Both the position numbers and the translations under genes were made by a program. Positions 1 through 14,652 of a stretch of 64,000 bases of DNA are shown here, in pieces (within the stretch, counting starts at the first letter, position 1; each line of letters begins with the position of its first letter). Source of the DNA: Balanoglossus misakiensis (lineage: Eukaryota > Animalia > Hemichordata). The notes beneath the pieces were generated by a model that was not told where the DNA came from, did not search any database, and was given only the letters and a program-made list of their open reading frames with translations. The DNA lies in the NCBI GenBank assembly GCA_040954595.2, contig CM082589.2, forward strand, positions 2,926,113 to 2,990,112, given 5' to 3'.

Positions 1-3000
1 TCACAAAGACCACAAAATCCCTCGGTTTTGTTTCAATATCGATTGCATAAACGCTTTCCCAGCCTTTTGCACACAAAGTCTGTCCTGTCTTACTCTGAAG
101 CTACCAAGTGAACTAAAAGGGCAAACACGTCTCCAAATATCGAACATTTACTATTTTGCTCTGATAAGGTGTATATAGAAAACATCCAAGTTCTAACCGT
201 GAGCATATATGTGCAATAACTTTGTAGAGGCTATCAACAATCAAACTCAAATCTTATGACATCTAACTTGTCATGAAATCGCTCGTGTTTAGGTCGCGTC
301 GTAGATTTCTGAACACAAAGTCTAATCGCGACTTCTTCGCCAAATAAGTCGTTCATACCAAAGACCAGAGACACTGTATATGAACTCATACACCCCCTCT
401 CCATAATATATTTTTCAAAGTCAGATCAGAGGCTTTAATGACAATGTATATTTTCACATTTCAACACAAATTCGTTTTTTTTTAAGAAACGAAATTGAGA
501 GGCTTGTAAAGTCTAGTTAGCTCTTGTCAGCAAAACCGACAATATCCGCATAATCTTGAATGACAAAAATGTATATAGGCTGTCAGTTTTGGCGGGTTTT
601 GGCAGACGTCAAAAATGTTCTGTTCTCCGGCACATGTGTATGTCCAAGTCAGACATCATTGTTTCCAAATCTATCACATTCCAGGCCATTCATCCATCTT
701 GGTTTCAAATGTCACACTTTTCTATGCATCGCTGTTTAATATACTTTCTCAATCCCTTTATATGATGTTGTTGTGTACGGAGACAAGGTCCGCTTTTGTG
801 CCCCTCTCGCCAGTTTATTGTTTTTGAGTTGCCCCACTCGGCTGTCATTATTCTTCCCCCCGTGCCATTATCGTCTGCTCTCTACACACGCCCCATGTCT
901 GTCGACTTGTACCTCGGTCACGTGGCTTTTTGGTGGTGTTCTTTCACTTTGTGTCGTTCAGTGTGTGACTCTGTCTGTCTTGGTGTGTAGTCTGTGCAGC
1001 GTTGTAATTAGAAAGAAAGGATTGGGAGAAAAATGCCGTATGTTTGAGCCCACCGACGGAAGTACCATATTTGTGTGGCTCTAATCCCAAATCACGACCG
1101 CAATGTTTTCTACCACGATTAAGCTCTTTGCCAACTGTTCACGCAATGATTGCTTAATCTCAAGATTATATTATTTCAAATTTATATTATTTCTCAAAGT
1201 TGGTATTTATTTTGGAACCGCGAAAGACTTTTAGGGGGAAAATAAAAGCGCTATTTGTGAGGGACCATGTCTAGTGAAGTAAACACAAGCTTGCCAGAGT
1301 GCTGATGCGTTCTGATTGCAGTTGAGGCCGGCGGCGATTTTCTTACGCGCGTCCAACCAAGGCAACATCAAACCTTCCCTGTGCGGGGTCAAAGGCAGCA
1401 AAGGTTATAGCCTTTGACCTCTGTGTACCCTGCTCCCGTTCTGTGGTAAACTCGAAGTCAAATCTCTACACCACGGACAGAGGACTTAAAACCCGGGCAT
1501 TTTTTTCGTCCGCCAATGATTTTTGTATGTATTTATGTATGTCCATCGCCTCTGTAATGGCTCGTGTGCAGATTTCTCAATCTCCCAATATTGACAATGT
1601 GAAATGTGATTTGTTATGATATAATGTCGTTTCACATAGTGTGTGATTCACGGTGACCATAAATAAGAAATGTCATGTGTTCGTGTGTGTGTGTCCAAAG
1701 TTTGACATGCATCTAGCAACAGGTTTGGCGAAGTGACGCCAACAATTTGTCGCTTTCAGACCACCAGTCCCCTTAGTTTTTTTCCTTCTCTCAGTCTCAC
1801 TGGCAGTCTTGAAGCTCAGAATTCTCCTAATTAATTCAATTTCCCCTATCAAGTTAACTGAAGAATGCCCAATGTCTGAAAAGATGCCCTCGTCGTGTTT
1901 CAAGTGGGCAGGCGGCGTTTCGCCTTTTCCGGCCACTTATTCCGATCCCAAGGACAGGACTTTTAGATCTCTCTTGAACCATACAAGTTACATCAGCCAG
2001 GCATTTTTCAACGTGTATTTCATAATTGCAAAGTTTCCCATTTTTCTAGTGCGGTGTGTCTTCAACCGTTGTGCAGAGATATCCTCCATTGCCAACGGGA
2101 TTTTTTTTAAGGCCAGTTTTTTCTTCCAGTACATAGAAATGTACATTTCTATGGGAGTCCATTTGTCGACAAGAGATTAGGCTGACCACGCATTGTTGTG
2201 CCGCTTTTTTCACTCTATTTTTTAAACTATAGCGTAAGTAACTCTTGCAGTTCGCTTTATTGAATTTCCGTGGGACCTCACAAAACGGCATGCTCAATTT
2301 GACTGCAGTGCCCGTCCCGTGGCTGATAATACCCGCTAACACAAAAGCGGGCCTGAGCGTTACCACGCCGGCTCATTCACATCGGAACCTCAGTGAAGCA
2401 ACGCAGATCTCGTACGCTCCTACTTCATTTATTCCACGCCACTAGCTCTACTGAGCGCCGAAGAAAGGACCCTAAAATTTCACTTCAACGTGGATAACAT
2501 CTGCATAGTCTTCCATAGAAATACGCAGAGCAACGGAACAATCCACGAGTCCACGGACCGCTGCACGCCAATAAAGAAAACAGTGGCAAAGTTAGCATAT
2601 CTCGACCAAAGTCTTTGTGAGTTTGATTTTAACCGACTGAATGACTAACTCGGCGTTAGTAATTATAAAATAGATCGTGTGTAATTGATGCCTTTGTTTC
2701 CAAATTATAAAAATCCTTTTTTTATATAAAACGTTTTCGGGAGGACAACAAACTCGCGGTATGTGCATTTCATAGTTGAAATCGACATGCATCACCTTGA
2801 TGTCGGCGTGCCGCGCATGTTTTTCTTAATTCTAAAAATCATCTTAGACGTTTTGGGCCGAGTGTGTTTACATTGCTATGTTCCTTGCCCGTGTGTCACT
2901 TATTAGTCCGTAGCTCAGACCAGAGGCATCTACCGCGATGCTCACTTTCATCTTTTTATCAAAAAACTGTCGCGTTGCTAGGAGAGATCTTTTATCTGCT

Positions 3001-3768
3001 AACGACACCGTGTGAAATGTACAACTGCAAAATGACAATCAGATACTGGTTTGCGTGGTGGACGATTCAAAACAGGGGGTACAAGGACGATGATAAGTGT
3101 CGCGTGGCTGCACCACTCGCTCTCTTGACTCTCCGCTCATCAAAAACGAGGACTTTCCGATCCTTTTTTCTTCTTTTTCACCACTACACATTCCAAAGCC
3201 CGCGTTCATTCATTCCGCACGAGAAATGACGCAACTACGTGATGTCATCAATGAAACAATCCCGACACGTTTTTGTCTTTTAATCGGAAATATGTGCGCG
3301 AAATATGAAGTCATTTTAACCGTGAAAGCGAGGCCTTGCCTGAGTGTACCTGTCAACGCCTGTCTAGTGACATGATTGTGGTCCAACCTCTGTTATAAGG
3401 ATAGATTTAAATACAATATTGCCCCAATAAACTGCTGCCAAAGATCAGCGTATACTTTGAATGTTAAATCGAACAATAATCCAGGCGTTTACCGACAGAA
3501 TTAATTTGGATTTTCTGAGTTCTCGTCTCTGACTAAGCTCTCTTAGTGTGTTTCGTTTGATGTCCTTTCCACTCTGGGGAAATCAATCATATAAACAAAC
3601 TCAAATGCGTCGAGGATGTAGGGGGTCTTATGATGGAGAATGCGTCTTTGTCTTGTTGTTGAGGTTCTTGGTTTTGCTGTTGTCTGTGTTCGTTTTTTTG
3701 GGTGAAAGTACGGCGTTGGCGGACAGTCCACGATTCGGTTCTGTTCAACACCTCATCACATCGTAACT

Positions 3769-4143
3769 CTTTGCCCCTCTGTGTTACTATCTCGGCTTCC
3801 TAGAATTCGGTTGTTCAATTTTCGGTGAATCATGAGCGTCCATCAGCATCAATAAACCCAATTCAACATACGCACAGCCATATGTCACGACCATTGCAAA
3901 TCTGCCATAAACGCATGGAACCTAGCTCAAAAATCCAGGCTTTCCCCCCTTCCAATATTGCCTAAGACTATGAGGAGTCGGGTTGTTTGACACGCGAAAA
4001 AAAATCATGTTTCACATACTGAGATTGTGCATGGTCGTATTATTACAAAAATAAGTAGCTGGATTTTTGTTTACTGGTTTGCGTTTTGAAACTTGACAAT
4101 GCAGGAGAGCAAATTGAACTACCGTGTTACGCAGAGGAGAAAG
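3769..4143. mobile_element. Possible decayed fold-back/MITE-like element
   Basis: Left blocks ctttgcccctctgtgttac, cggttgttcaattt and caaaaatccaggct match the reverse complements of right blocks (ctttctcctctgcgtaac, cggtagttcaattt, caaaaatccagct) in nested order. No clear termini or target-site duplication. Confidence 0.35.
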
Positions 4144-7100
4144 TCAATAATTGCCTAAACGCTTTGGCCTCTTCAAGTAGAATTGTTGTCGACAGTGACG
4201 ATCATAATTTGCTCCTTGGGTACTCGGGATTGGCAAGTACTCATAGTTTGGCGCAGAAACTGTTTTCTCATTAAGAATTGAACATCTTCATCCTTCCCCC
4301 ACTTTGTCTTGTGTTTAGCGTATCTGTGACATCTTTGCGCCTACCGTGTTGATCATTTCTTAGACAAACTGATATCGACATATATCAATCGATAAGGTTG
4401 TAATCAACGGACTAGACATGTTTTTTTCCCTTGTGAACATTCTATGAAGAGATCACGTATACTTGTGTTCCGATTCTGATCACATCGTCGTGTCTTTGTT
4501 TATTGAAAGCAAAAATAAACCACAAGACAACATAGGAGGTGCATGTACACAAAACTAGGACAACTGTTAACAGTGTGTTTTTGTAAATAACAGACAGTAA
4601 TTGTGACAGCAGTGATACCATTCTGCCCGCTGGGGTACAAATTCCCGGAACACGTTTGTTCACATGTTTCGTGTTTATTTGTGACTTTACAAATTATTCC
4701 GTGAAATTAATACTAGTCCCTTTTTGGGGGAGGAGGTGGTCGCCCACTAGACTGATGCGAGGTTAATAATGGGAGTTGGACCTTCACTTCATTCCAAAAT
4801 CCACAGAAAGCGAGAGGCTGTCAGGTGCGATACCGATTGCTATTCCGCGCGCCTGGTTGCTCTATTGTTACAAGCGATCAAAGTGCGCGCTATATGGGCT
4901 AAAATAAATACGATTTGCATCACAGTTAAGCGAAACATTTTATTTGTTTTAATGTGTCAACAAACATTGGGCAGGGGAAATTAAAAACAAGCCACGTGCG
5001 TTTTTTACCAAAGGTGCTGCGTCTGGGAATGGCGGTGGTCGAGGGCGGCCATGATGCCTTGGTTCATGCATATCTTTAGTAGCTTGATAACGTAATGGAA
5101 GCCACCTAATTTAAAGATGAAGATTCCCAATTCAAACGATTCACTTTGGCACACCCGGGGAAGTTTGAGTTAGGATTTTTGAACTCAGGACTGCGGGAAT
5201 CCGTCAAAGTTACTGGCGTGTCCCAGAACCAGACAATTGAGGAGTTGTTGATTTCGTCGGCCAAGACAACCGGGGCTTCGGTTTGATGGATTAATGTTAT
5301 AGTTGTGGGTCTTTCAGCGGCTACAATAGACCAACGGTTTGTTTAGCTTCTCCATTTTACCCCTATACAAAACGAGAATTCAAAAATTTCCCTGCACCTG
5401 TCAGGCGTTGACAATATTACGAGGCTGGTTCTCTCGGACCGAATCGCTGTCGGTTGCAGGCATTGAGAGAAAAAAACTGCGCGGGTACAACAACTCCAGT
5501 GATGCCTATCTGTTCTCTGTTTCTCTCTGCTCCCCCCCCCCCTTTGCTTTTGTCCAAGCACCCCCACCAGTGCCACCCTCTGGATACCGAATCTTATCGA
5601 CCCCCCCCCCCTCCTCCTCCTCTTCCTCCTCCAAAAATCCCATGACTGATTGAACTAACCAGACACTTTCTGACAATTATGGTGTTTTTAGGAAACCGCG
5701 GCTTATAGTCTTTGGTTCCTTGTTTTAGGCGTAGGTGTCGAGGCAAAAGTTTGTGCCTCTCACATTACACGACCCTTCCACAAATAAAGTCACAAATGTT
5801 TATGGCTTTGTCGAAGTGACACCAAAAGAGTTATTATTATATACTGTGGCTTGTCACCACGTCCCCCTTTCCAGACAGTCGTTGTTGTTTTTTTCTCCGA
5901 CCCTATTCTTCCAAATTGGCCAATAAACGTGGCAGTCCAAATTGTGCCATTGCAGGCGAAGTGGAACAGCTAGCCTTGGCGTGTCTGCAATCATTGTTGG
6001 CAGCACCTTCAGCTCTGTGGTGAACTCTCAAAGATGCAATGTGTGGAGGTGGTGGACGTGGGGGAAATCACGGGACGGGGGGAATTGTGCGTGTTCGCCG
6101 CTGCATGACGGAAGCCAGGCTGGCGTGAACCCATATTTTTTTGTATTATCCTACACTAGACGGTCTAGTGGGTAAGACGGTCGATCTTGTGACGGACGCG
6201 CTTCCCCCAGTTTTGGTTTTGACCACTTCTTTAAGCCGGTGCCCCCAGTAACTGCTTATACAAATCAAATACCCGCCAGTACATTAACGGGACAGATTAA
6301 TTGAGAAATTGCATAGAATTGAACAAGGTAATCTTTCAACAAAGCCCACGTAAAACCTTATCAAGCATTTGCGTTTCTGGTTGCTCTTTCTGGTGATCAA
6401 GTTAGCAACGGGATAAAGTAAGAAAATCTCCGCCTTCATCAGACCATCTCGCAATATCGCTGCGCAACTCAAATGGTAACCTCAACAACAGCACCACCCT
6501 AGGGAAATCACCATGTTAGGCAGTCATATACGTTTTTGCAGGAAGCGAATATGGCGGCGGTGCTCTCCTCCTCGAGAAGGCTGTGGTGCAAAAAATGTTC
6601 ACTCGAGTCGGCCATCTTTTTTGTGTGTGTGTGTGCAACAAACTGGGGTTGGGCAATAACCGTTTCTGAGTGGGGGAGACGTCAATAGAAACACACTTCT
6701 CTCAGCCCCTCGTGCATTCATTTTGTTCAATCAAAAAAGTAGCCATTTAGTCGGCCTTTTCTGTGCCGTAAGCTGGTTGTATGTTTCTCCCGATACTTTT
6801 CCGTGCGAGTGGACCGGCAAGAAACGCCGAAGCGACGTAGCATTGTTCGGAGTATTTGATTGTGGTCTATCCTATTGGGCGTGTGCAGTCAGCGTGATAA
6901 ACTATCTGTGAGAGGCTTAATACCCTTCCAGGAGTGAAGAATACCAACAAACGGACTGTGTGCACACTTTGAAAGCAAAGGTTAGAAAGAGAAACACGGG
7001 TTCCATAGTATGTATTCGAGTTTAACAATTCTATTGCGACTCCTGTGTCAGCTGGGTCAGTCACCGGCTTTGGCGTTTTTCCCTTTGCCTCGCGCCGCGT

Positions 7101-10100
7101 GTCCTTTCTACCCATTGACGTTTCCCCGTGCTTTTAGTCCAGTCGGAGGTCGATACGACAAGATCGAGAGTGTCTTCACTCTCCCCATTGTTGTAGTCGA
7201 GACTTTTAATTCGGCAGCCGACAAAAAAAATTATCGAATTCCTCACTTCCAAATGTGTATTGAAATATTCGCCAGTCATATTTTATTGCGTGTAAAGTGC
7301 AGCCACTGCAGGGTAGGTTGACACGGCCGATTGAAAGGGATGAAAAAAATCCCTGTAGGCTTGGGGTTGTTTTATTTCAAAATGTCTACCCTCGCCTTCA
7401 TTCAGGGCGCGCGTCATGTTTATCTTAGACTACGCGGATAGGCACCCTCACGTGCGACATCAGCCGAACACCTGTCACACCGGTATAAATCAAACCGAGT
7501 GTCCCTTTGTCGCTGGACAGTACAAATGCCAGGTGAAAATATAGTGTGCCATCCCCTCGACCCCAGTCTCGGGTTACCTGGGCGTCTTCCGTCGCTGGCG
7601 GGCTTAAGTCTTTTGTGTTCGCCTCCCATGAGTTCGCCAGCCAAACTTTTGAATAGTTTGTGGGGATAGTTTATCATGCCAATCCTCAACAGAATGCCGC
7701 GTGGTAATAATTAAAAACCCGAACCGATGTCTCAATTAGGTTGATAAACAGTTCTTCTTTTATTCGGAGTGAATCAGAAACGTCGTTCACCGCTCGACCT
7801 GTCGTCACCTGGCGGTACGGGTTCACTCCGTCGGAGTGCGGGAGCCATGAGACTAAATCAAACATCTTCGTTGTTGTTGTGACCGTTCTTTTCAGAAACA
7901 CGTGGTTGAGAATCGGTCAGGTGGAACCGGAGAAACTCCTGGCTTTTTTGTTCGAAGGTGATATAACTGCAATGGCGAATAGACGGGTCGAAATCGTCTT
8001 GGCAGTTTTTTTATTGTGGAATGTGCCCGGTGTCCTCGCGGTTGTATAAAACATCTCATAAACAACAACAAAACAAAATGCAAATGCGGTCACCTTCTCA
8101 ATAGCTTTATTAAGTGCCCATACATTTTGGCATCTCAATTAAAAATGTGTAAAAGAAATCCCAGAGTATATGTACTAAGAACCCTCTGTTTTTGTCATTT
8201 TGGATCGAACAATTTCAACTTTCTGCTCGGGTTTACACATTAATTATCCCAAAATAGTCCCAGTTGTGCTTTACGAGCCATGTCGTAAAAGGGTAGTTCT
8301 TCAGACGTTGTGATGGTGTCTTATGCAGTACCGTTTTCCGGCATTTGGAGCGAGAGGTGCTCTGGTTGGCCAAGGCAATGATCGGTTGGTTTTCTTTTGT
8401 TTTTGTTCCAATGGGAAAGTTAACCAAAGTTATCAGATATATGCGCAAAGAGAAAGCCCAGGCGATAACGATTCTAATTCTCTCTGATAGGTCTAGACCC
8501 CTTTACCATCCCTGTTTTTACTGCATACGGGTATCATTAAATTAACACCACGTCTCTAGCCGAGCGAAACGCCGGACAAATGTTCACGACTTGATCGTAT
8601 AGCGCACGAAAAAAAGGGGGACCAAATTGCCTTGCGTTAAAACACATTCTATTGTTTCATTACAGTTTCCACGTGTGTCACTGTTAAGTAGAGCGATATT
8701 TTTTGAATGATCAATCCCAGTGCCCAGGGGTCCCCCACATTGAAAACTACCAGGAGCCAATGCTCTATCTGTTTTATCAAATCCAACATTTGATCAGAAG
8801 ATAGACACAAGATTAATGGCACCGTTTGAACCCTTGAGTCTGTTACATTTCACTCATCCGTTTATTGGTTTTTGTCAGAAATCAGGTTGTCCGTCATTAA
8901 TAAACGCCAAGAAAACAGAATGATACTCTTACTGAGATCGACAACACTTTCCACACAAAGCCGTTAGGAGTCACAATGCTTTGGCCCCGGGAACCAACTT
9001 GGAAGCGTTGAGGAGACCAGTTTTTTCCTTGTCCTTTTTTTCTCATCGCCTGGGAATAGAGAGAGCATCGCGGACGTGCTCCGGTAGCGGCATAACTTTC
9101 AGAGGTTAAGCGCTCGCCGAACAAGATAATAAAGTTGAATTAACAGCATTTGTGAAATGTACAATTTGTGTGAACTCAACAGAAAGAATACGGTTTACGA
9201 CGACCAAACTCCTGATCGTTGCGTTTCCCGGGAGTTTCGCGCGTTAGCATATGATTACTCAACTTATTCCGTATTGTTAGTTTAATTTGCATTCATAAAA
9301 TCCCTATAAAATCGCCTCGCTATGCCATCAAACTGGGCCTAGCCACCGGGGATGTAACGGTCCGGGTGATTTCTCGGCTCTGGGTTTCCGGGGCCCCGAT
9401 ACTGCGATACTGGTTTGGTGTTTGCATGCTTGCGAGGCGGTTTCCGAGCAACACGTCATCCAAGCATCAATCACTTTCCTCCCTGGCATCAGCATCGTCA
9501 GTCATCGGCCGGGCAGACCGTATGCTGCGTGCCCGTATTAAAGCTTCCCGCAGACGATCGCACAATAGCGAGGATGCGAAATAAACCGGTCGGTTCCATG
9601 GTATTTTTTTTATTACATGGAAATTGCGATGGTTAATTCGGTTGTCATCGGATTTACCCTTGAAACTTTGACTGGCAATGTAATGAGACGCAGATTCCCG
9701 AATATATCAGTTCTGACTGTTTAACCGACTGAGCACAGCCCCCCCCCCCCCTTTCCAACACTTTCAATGGCGTCCACAGGGCCAATCGCAGTGGAGGTTC
9801 GCACCTCGCCGTGTGATCTTTTCGCCCTACAGCTCAAACACACCGCCATTTGCCTATTAACCAATAAAACCCCATATACCTACACTTTCGTTCTCTGGAA
9901 AGAAAATGGCGCAGTTTTTGTGTCGTTTTTATTGTTACTAAATAGATCCAGTCTGATTGCTTTTTTTCTCTCTCTTCCGTAGAATCATAAGCTTGTTAAT
10001 ATGCCTAGTTGTAAGGTAGCGACCTGGACCGCGCTACCCCTAACCGCCCGCGGGCAAGAAAATTCGTAATGGCCCGTCTGAAGTTACCGTAACTTGAATA

Positions 10101-10359
10101 TATGTACCTCGTAAATGAAATCGCGGTGCAGCTACGGACGAAAATGCCTCACTCTGACAGGATTTGAGAATTATGTGTTAATTTCGCCTGAAGAATTAGG
10201 TACCCAAACGTGACGACTCGTCATAATCAAAGCCACGGTTCCATATTTTAAGGTGTATTTACGAAAATCACTTTAACACGGAGGGCTTTCAGATTTACAC
10301 TGATACCAGGTCCCCTTTTAATTGACTTGATCAATCACTCGGCGGGTTGGTGAGTCGAC

Positions 10360-10790
10360 TCCTGACGTCTGACAAAATTAGGCCGGTATCAAATTGCTAT
10401 TTGGCTTTGCAATTTCCAAAATCGTTTAAGAAAGTACTGGGTAATTAGTCAGCGTTGCTGCGTTGGACACACAGCATGATTAGCAGCCTGTCAAAATATC
10501 GCCCATTTCTTGCCAAGATGATTGGCGCGATATATCATCCTGATATATCTATCAGAATCTGAAACGTTACCATGACTTCGGGCGATTGATCAATCTCGGC
10601 CCATGTCTGATTTCTCTTTAACGCCCCAAAAATCCATTTCCATAATTTTGTGACGTCACGCAACTTTGATTAAGATTTATTGTCACCGTCGCGGTACAGG
10701 CGAAAAGGGGCTGCCGTGATTGGTCAAAGTTTTGAGCGACGGAGAACCCGGATGTTGATTGACAATAGCGAGCGCCCGGATGTTGACATA
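10360..10790. promoter_or_regulatory. Candidate intronic developmental enhancer
   Basis: CRE TGACGTCA 10651-10658, TCF CTTTGAT 10664-10670, Pbx/Meis-like TGATTGACA 10756-10764, duplicated Ets-like CCCGGATGTTGA (10747, 10775), several TAAT/TGAT cores. Confidence 0.3.
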
Positions 10791-11684
10791 CTCGCTCTCC
10801 CGAACCGTGTGCTCTGGAAGACTTGCAGGGCGAATGTGAGACTGCGCAGTAGAGAGCGCGAGGTGATAAATGGGTGTAATTATGTCGGTCATTTCTTTGC
10901 ACGTTTGCAACACTTCAAATTTACACCATAGGGGATTTAGAATAGCACAAACAACACAGAAAGCCTGTTGGTCCGGAGAGCAACCAAACAGCATCAAGGA
11001 AAGATGGTTATTAGTATCATGTAGGCGCGTACATGTAAAAACTCGTTCTTACGCCTATTTTGTGCGAAGAAGTTTGAATTTCGAGAGCTGCATTATGGTC
11101 CGGAAAGTGATTGAAATGAAAGCGTTGACAAGAGCAGGAGCAAATGGCCTTAATCTGTGTCTGTATTTGACTGGGACAATGAACGATTCACTTCATCAAC
11201 ACTCGACAGGGAAAAGGGACAGAGAGCGAGAAGAAGGTTTTGTGTCACTTCTTTTAAGGCAGCAAAATACAGATCCATTTTAATGATATACGATTGCTTG
11301 AGTCTAGTGACAGTGTCCCCGCTGCGCGCTACGTTCCCTCCGACTCGACAGTAGAATACGAGAAAGCGCGATCCATTATCGAAAAGAGAAAAAAAAATAT
11401 TCACGACCGTCTCTAGTTACAAAAAAAAGAGACGGAGAAAGAAAGTCGGTGACAATCAGACAGGGATATTTTCAAGCAAAGGAGTTATATGTGCCATTTG
11501 TCTTTGTGAGTGAAATTGTTCCGAGGCGCCAAGATCATCATGTACATATAAACTTTTACGAGGGAATTGTTTTAATGGTTCTAACAAATTCGCGTCAAGA
11601 AGGGTGAAGTGTTAGGCTCTAACAAAAACGACCCTTTGTCGACAAGGTATAAAACATACGTACATCATACAGTTCCATTCATCG

Positions 11685-11846
11685 ATCCATCCATCCATCC
11701 ATCCATCCATCCACACACACAGATACATAGATACATGCATACATGCATACATGCATACATGCATACATACATATATACATACATACATACATACATACAT
11801 ACATACATACATACATACATACATACATACATACATACATACATAC
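11685..11846. repeat. Compound microsatellite (ATCC)n-(ATGC/ATAC)n-(TACA)n
   Basis: Directly visible tetranucleotide repeats. Confidence 0.95.
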
Positions 11847-14092
11847 TTCACATTTTAATGCGCCTCCTATTTATGTCTGAAAAAAGTAGCGAGTTGATTT
11901 ATGTGTTAATTTTATAAACAAATTTTGCAAATTGATAAAAAAAGGTAGATTTTACGCACTAATGCTATCCAATACACCCAATTTCGTGCGTTTCAAACTT
12001 GCAAGCAATTGGAAACCCCCCGGCGGAGTGATACGTGCCGGACACCTGCGGCGAAGGGACTACCAGACGGGTTCCAGTGCGCGTTTATGATAAATGTAAC
12101 TATCAGCGAACTAAACAGGGACGGGTGATTTGTTAAGGTGGAATCGTAGATACACTTTATCTATGCTAAGTTGCTTGACTCGTATTGTATTCGGCAATGC
12201 AGTTATTTCCTTTATGTAAATAGTGCGAGGGGGAAACAATTGCCCGATGATGGGTTTCCATTTGTCGCGGCCGTGCGAAACCGTCATTTTTCTCTGTCAA
12301 AGTCTCTCTTTTTTCGACCCGGTGCACACCGAGATCTCCCCATATCTCCTAAAGCCTTTGTCTGTAGGTTAGACTACCCCTAATTGACTAAACACACGAC
12401 TTCATAGCCGTACCCTGAACTGTGCGTAATACACGCGCGCGCACACATGCGTCATCAAAACTAAGGCACGGACACTGGGCTGGGGCAGTGAACGTTTTCA
12501 AACAACCGCGCGCGTGTGTGTGCTACTGTGGACCAGGGCGCGCAGTAAAACGCCAGGCGAAATTACGATGACTGGCACTTTGCAAGGAATAATATTGCCC
12601 ATTTTCAGATATTACAGTTCTTAGCCCAGGGCTGCGTATTTGTCTTCGTTTGAGGTGACGCAACTCTGGTGGCGTCTCTCTCGGGGGAGTCGCCCGGCAA
12701 ATCTCTGGTAACACGTCTACTATGAAATGGTATGAGTAGGCAAAATGGATAGGGCCAATCTTGGAAAATCTATCACTTTGAGAGCGTTGAAATGAGTAAT
12801 AAAATCAACGATGTGTGAGGCTCGCTCCTTTGCTCAGAGGTCTCCAATTCCTTTCTCTTGTTTTTTTTCGATATCGCTTCACCTGAAAGCATAGCCTCAT
12901 TGAAACAACGAAATCAACTTGTTATTCAACATCTTTGCAACGTCTTAATTTGCTTGTGTTAGTATCGTGTGCTGTAGTGTGCTGTTATGTTAGAAATAAC
13001 TAAGCTTACACATGCAGGTCACTAAACAAACATACATTTTTCTCAATCATGCTGTCACATCGGGTCTTAACGCGGATAACTCAAACCGAAATAGTGCACA
13101 TTTGCTGGTAGCCAGTGCTGGTCGTACGTTTCCTCAAAAACAGTAGTTTATTAGTAGACTGTAAGCCCCCCCCCCCCCCTTTTCCAGTAGACTCCCTACA
13201 CAAATCAGCGCACAGTGAAGGGACATGGTTGCACAGTAGGCTTGGAGCTGGCTGTCTGCAGCTGTTTACGCTGCCATATTTGTTTTCCACCCTTAACTGT
13301 TACCCGGTGTCTATTTCGCGCGTACGTGACAATGACCCCGATATTGTCACACAAAGGAAATTGGACTGCGTGTGTCGTTGTTATGTTCATTTCGTTCCGA
13401 CAATTACGCGTGAAAATTACTATTTCGAGGGTCGGCGAAAAAAAACAAGTTTCGCGAAATCAAAAGACACGACGCGAAACCTGAGTTTAATTGGACTTAG
13501 CTCGCCTAATTCCGTGAATCAAAAACAAATCCCAAGACATAAATACCTTCCAATTTTTGATTGTGTTATAAAACTGGAAGCCCAACGTAAATCTATAGGT
13601 TGTGTTGGCCTGCTATTTTTTTGATAGAGTCCTGACTTGAGTTGAAGTCACGTTAGTTCTATTTCGTTTGAGTTCTCAACATGAGTGAAACTACACGTGT
13701 ACATGCCTTCGAAGAAATTCACCAACTTTCTGTTCAACCTTCAGCTAAAAGTTGAACTTTGTTCTTGTTCCCAGGGAATAGAAACCTCACTGCATTCTTG
13801 TCTTCGTGCGGATAACGATCACCATGCTGATACACGACACAGTGTTTGCCAAATGCGTTCTACCCGTATAATTATCGGTCAGAAACATTTCCTAATTAAT
13901 TAATTACCTGCTCATTAGATAATCAGCGTGACTGTTTAAATTAATTCCACTGGGTCATTCTCATGCGACAGGTTATTACCACAAGGAATGCCCTCATCTC
14001 CCAGAAGGAGATGTTTGCTGTGCACACTCAAGTACAACAGCAATTTGAAGTATTTTAAGAGATTCTGTTAATAGAACGAGTTCAAGAACGTT

Positions 14093-14133
14093 CTCTCTCC
14101 CTCTCTCTCTCTCTCCCTCTCTCTCTCTCTCTC
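14093..14133. repeat. Imperfect (CT)n microsatellite
   Basis: Visible CT run with CC interruptions. Confidence 0.85.
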
Positions 14134-14587
14134 CACCCCCCTCCCCCACTCGATTTCCAACGAGCTGTCACCAAATGGGAGTTATCTTTACAGCCCCGGC
14201 TAATATCTCTTTTAATTGGCTGGTAGTGGTCGTTAAACTGTATGCGGATTCAGCTTTAAAGCTAAGAAACTCGTAAATTCCTTTTTGTTACTGCGCTTAC
14301 TCACTCGCTGGCATGATAGACACATGCATAGAGTACTAGTGTTCAGGGAAAAGAGATGGAGAGTCGAGGCCAACAATTGCAAGTCGTGCTCTAACTGTAA
14401 AATAATCGGGGGGAGAATTACGACAGCAATAAAGCGACCGAGAGCAGAGTTTCATTTCGAAATCGCCTTAGATGAAAGACGAGTCCTTGTTTTGTCAAGA
14501 TCACGTTCAATGACTGTAATAGATCTTGAACTCGTTACTTTTTGTCAAATAATGGCAGATAGAGAAAACGAGCTAGAACAGTTCAGT

Positions 14588-14652
14588 TCAGTACTGTACT
14601 GTATCGTGTTGTGCTGTGATGTACTACATTGTATACTGTGTTGTACTGTACA
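14588..14652. repeat. Degenerate pentanucleotide repeat (TGTAC/TGTTG-like)
   Basis: gtactgtactgtatcgtgttgtgctgtgatgtactacattgtatactgtgttgtactgtac shows a 5-bp period. Confidence 0.65.

Noticed and set aside
1-740. Possible non-autonomous DNA transposon remnant
   Set aside because: The texture is suggestive, but no termini, target-site duplication or second copy could be shown within the window.
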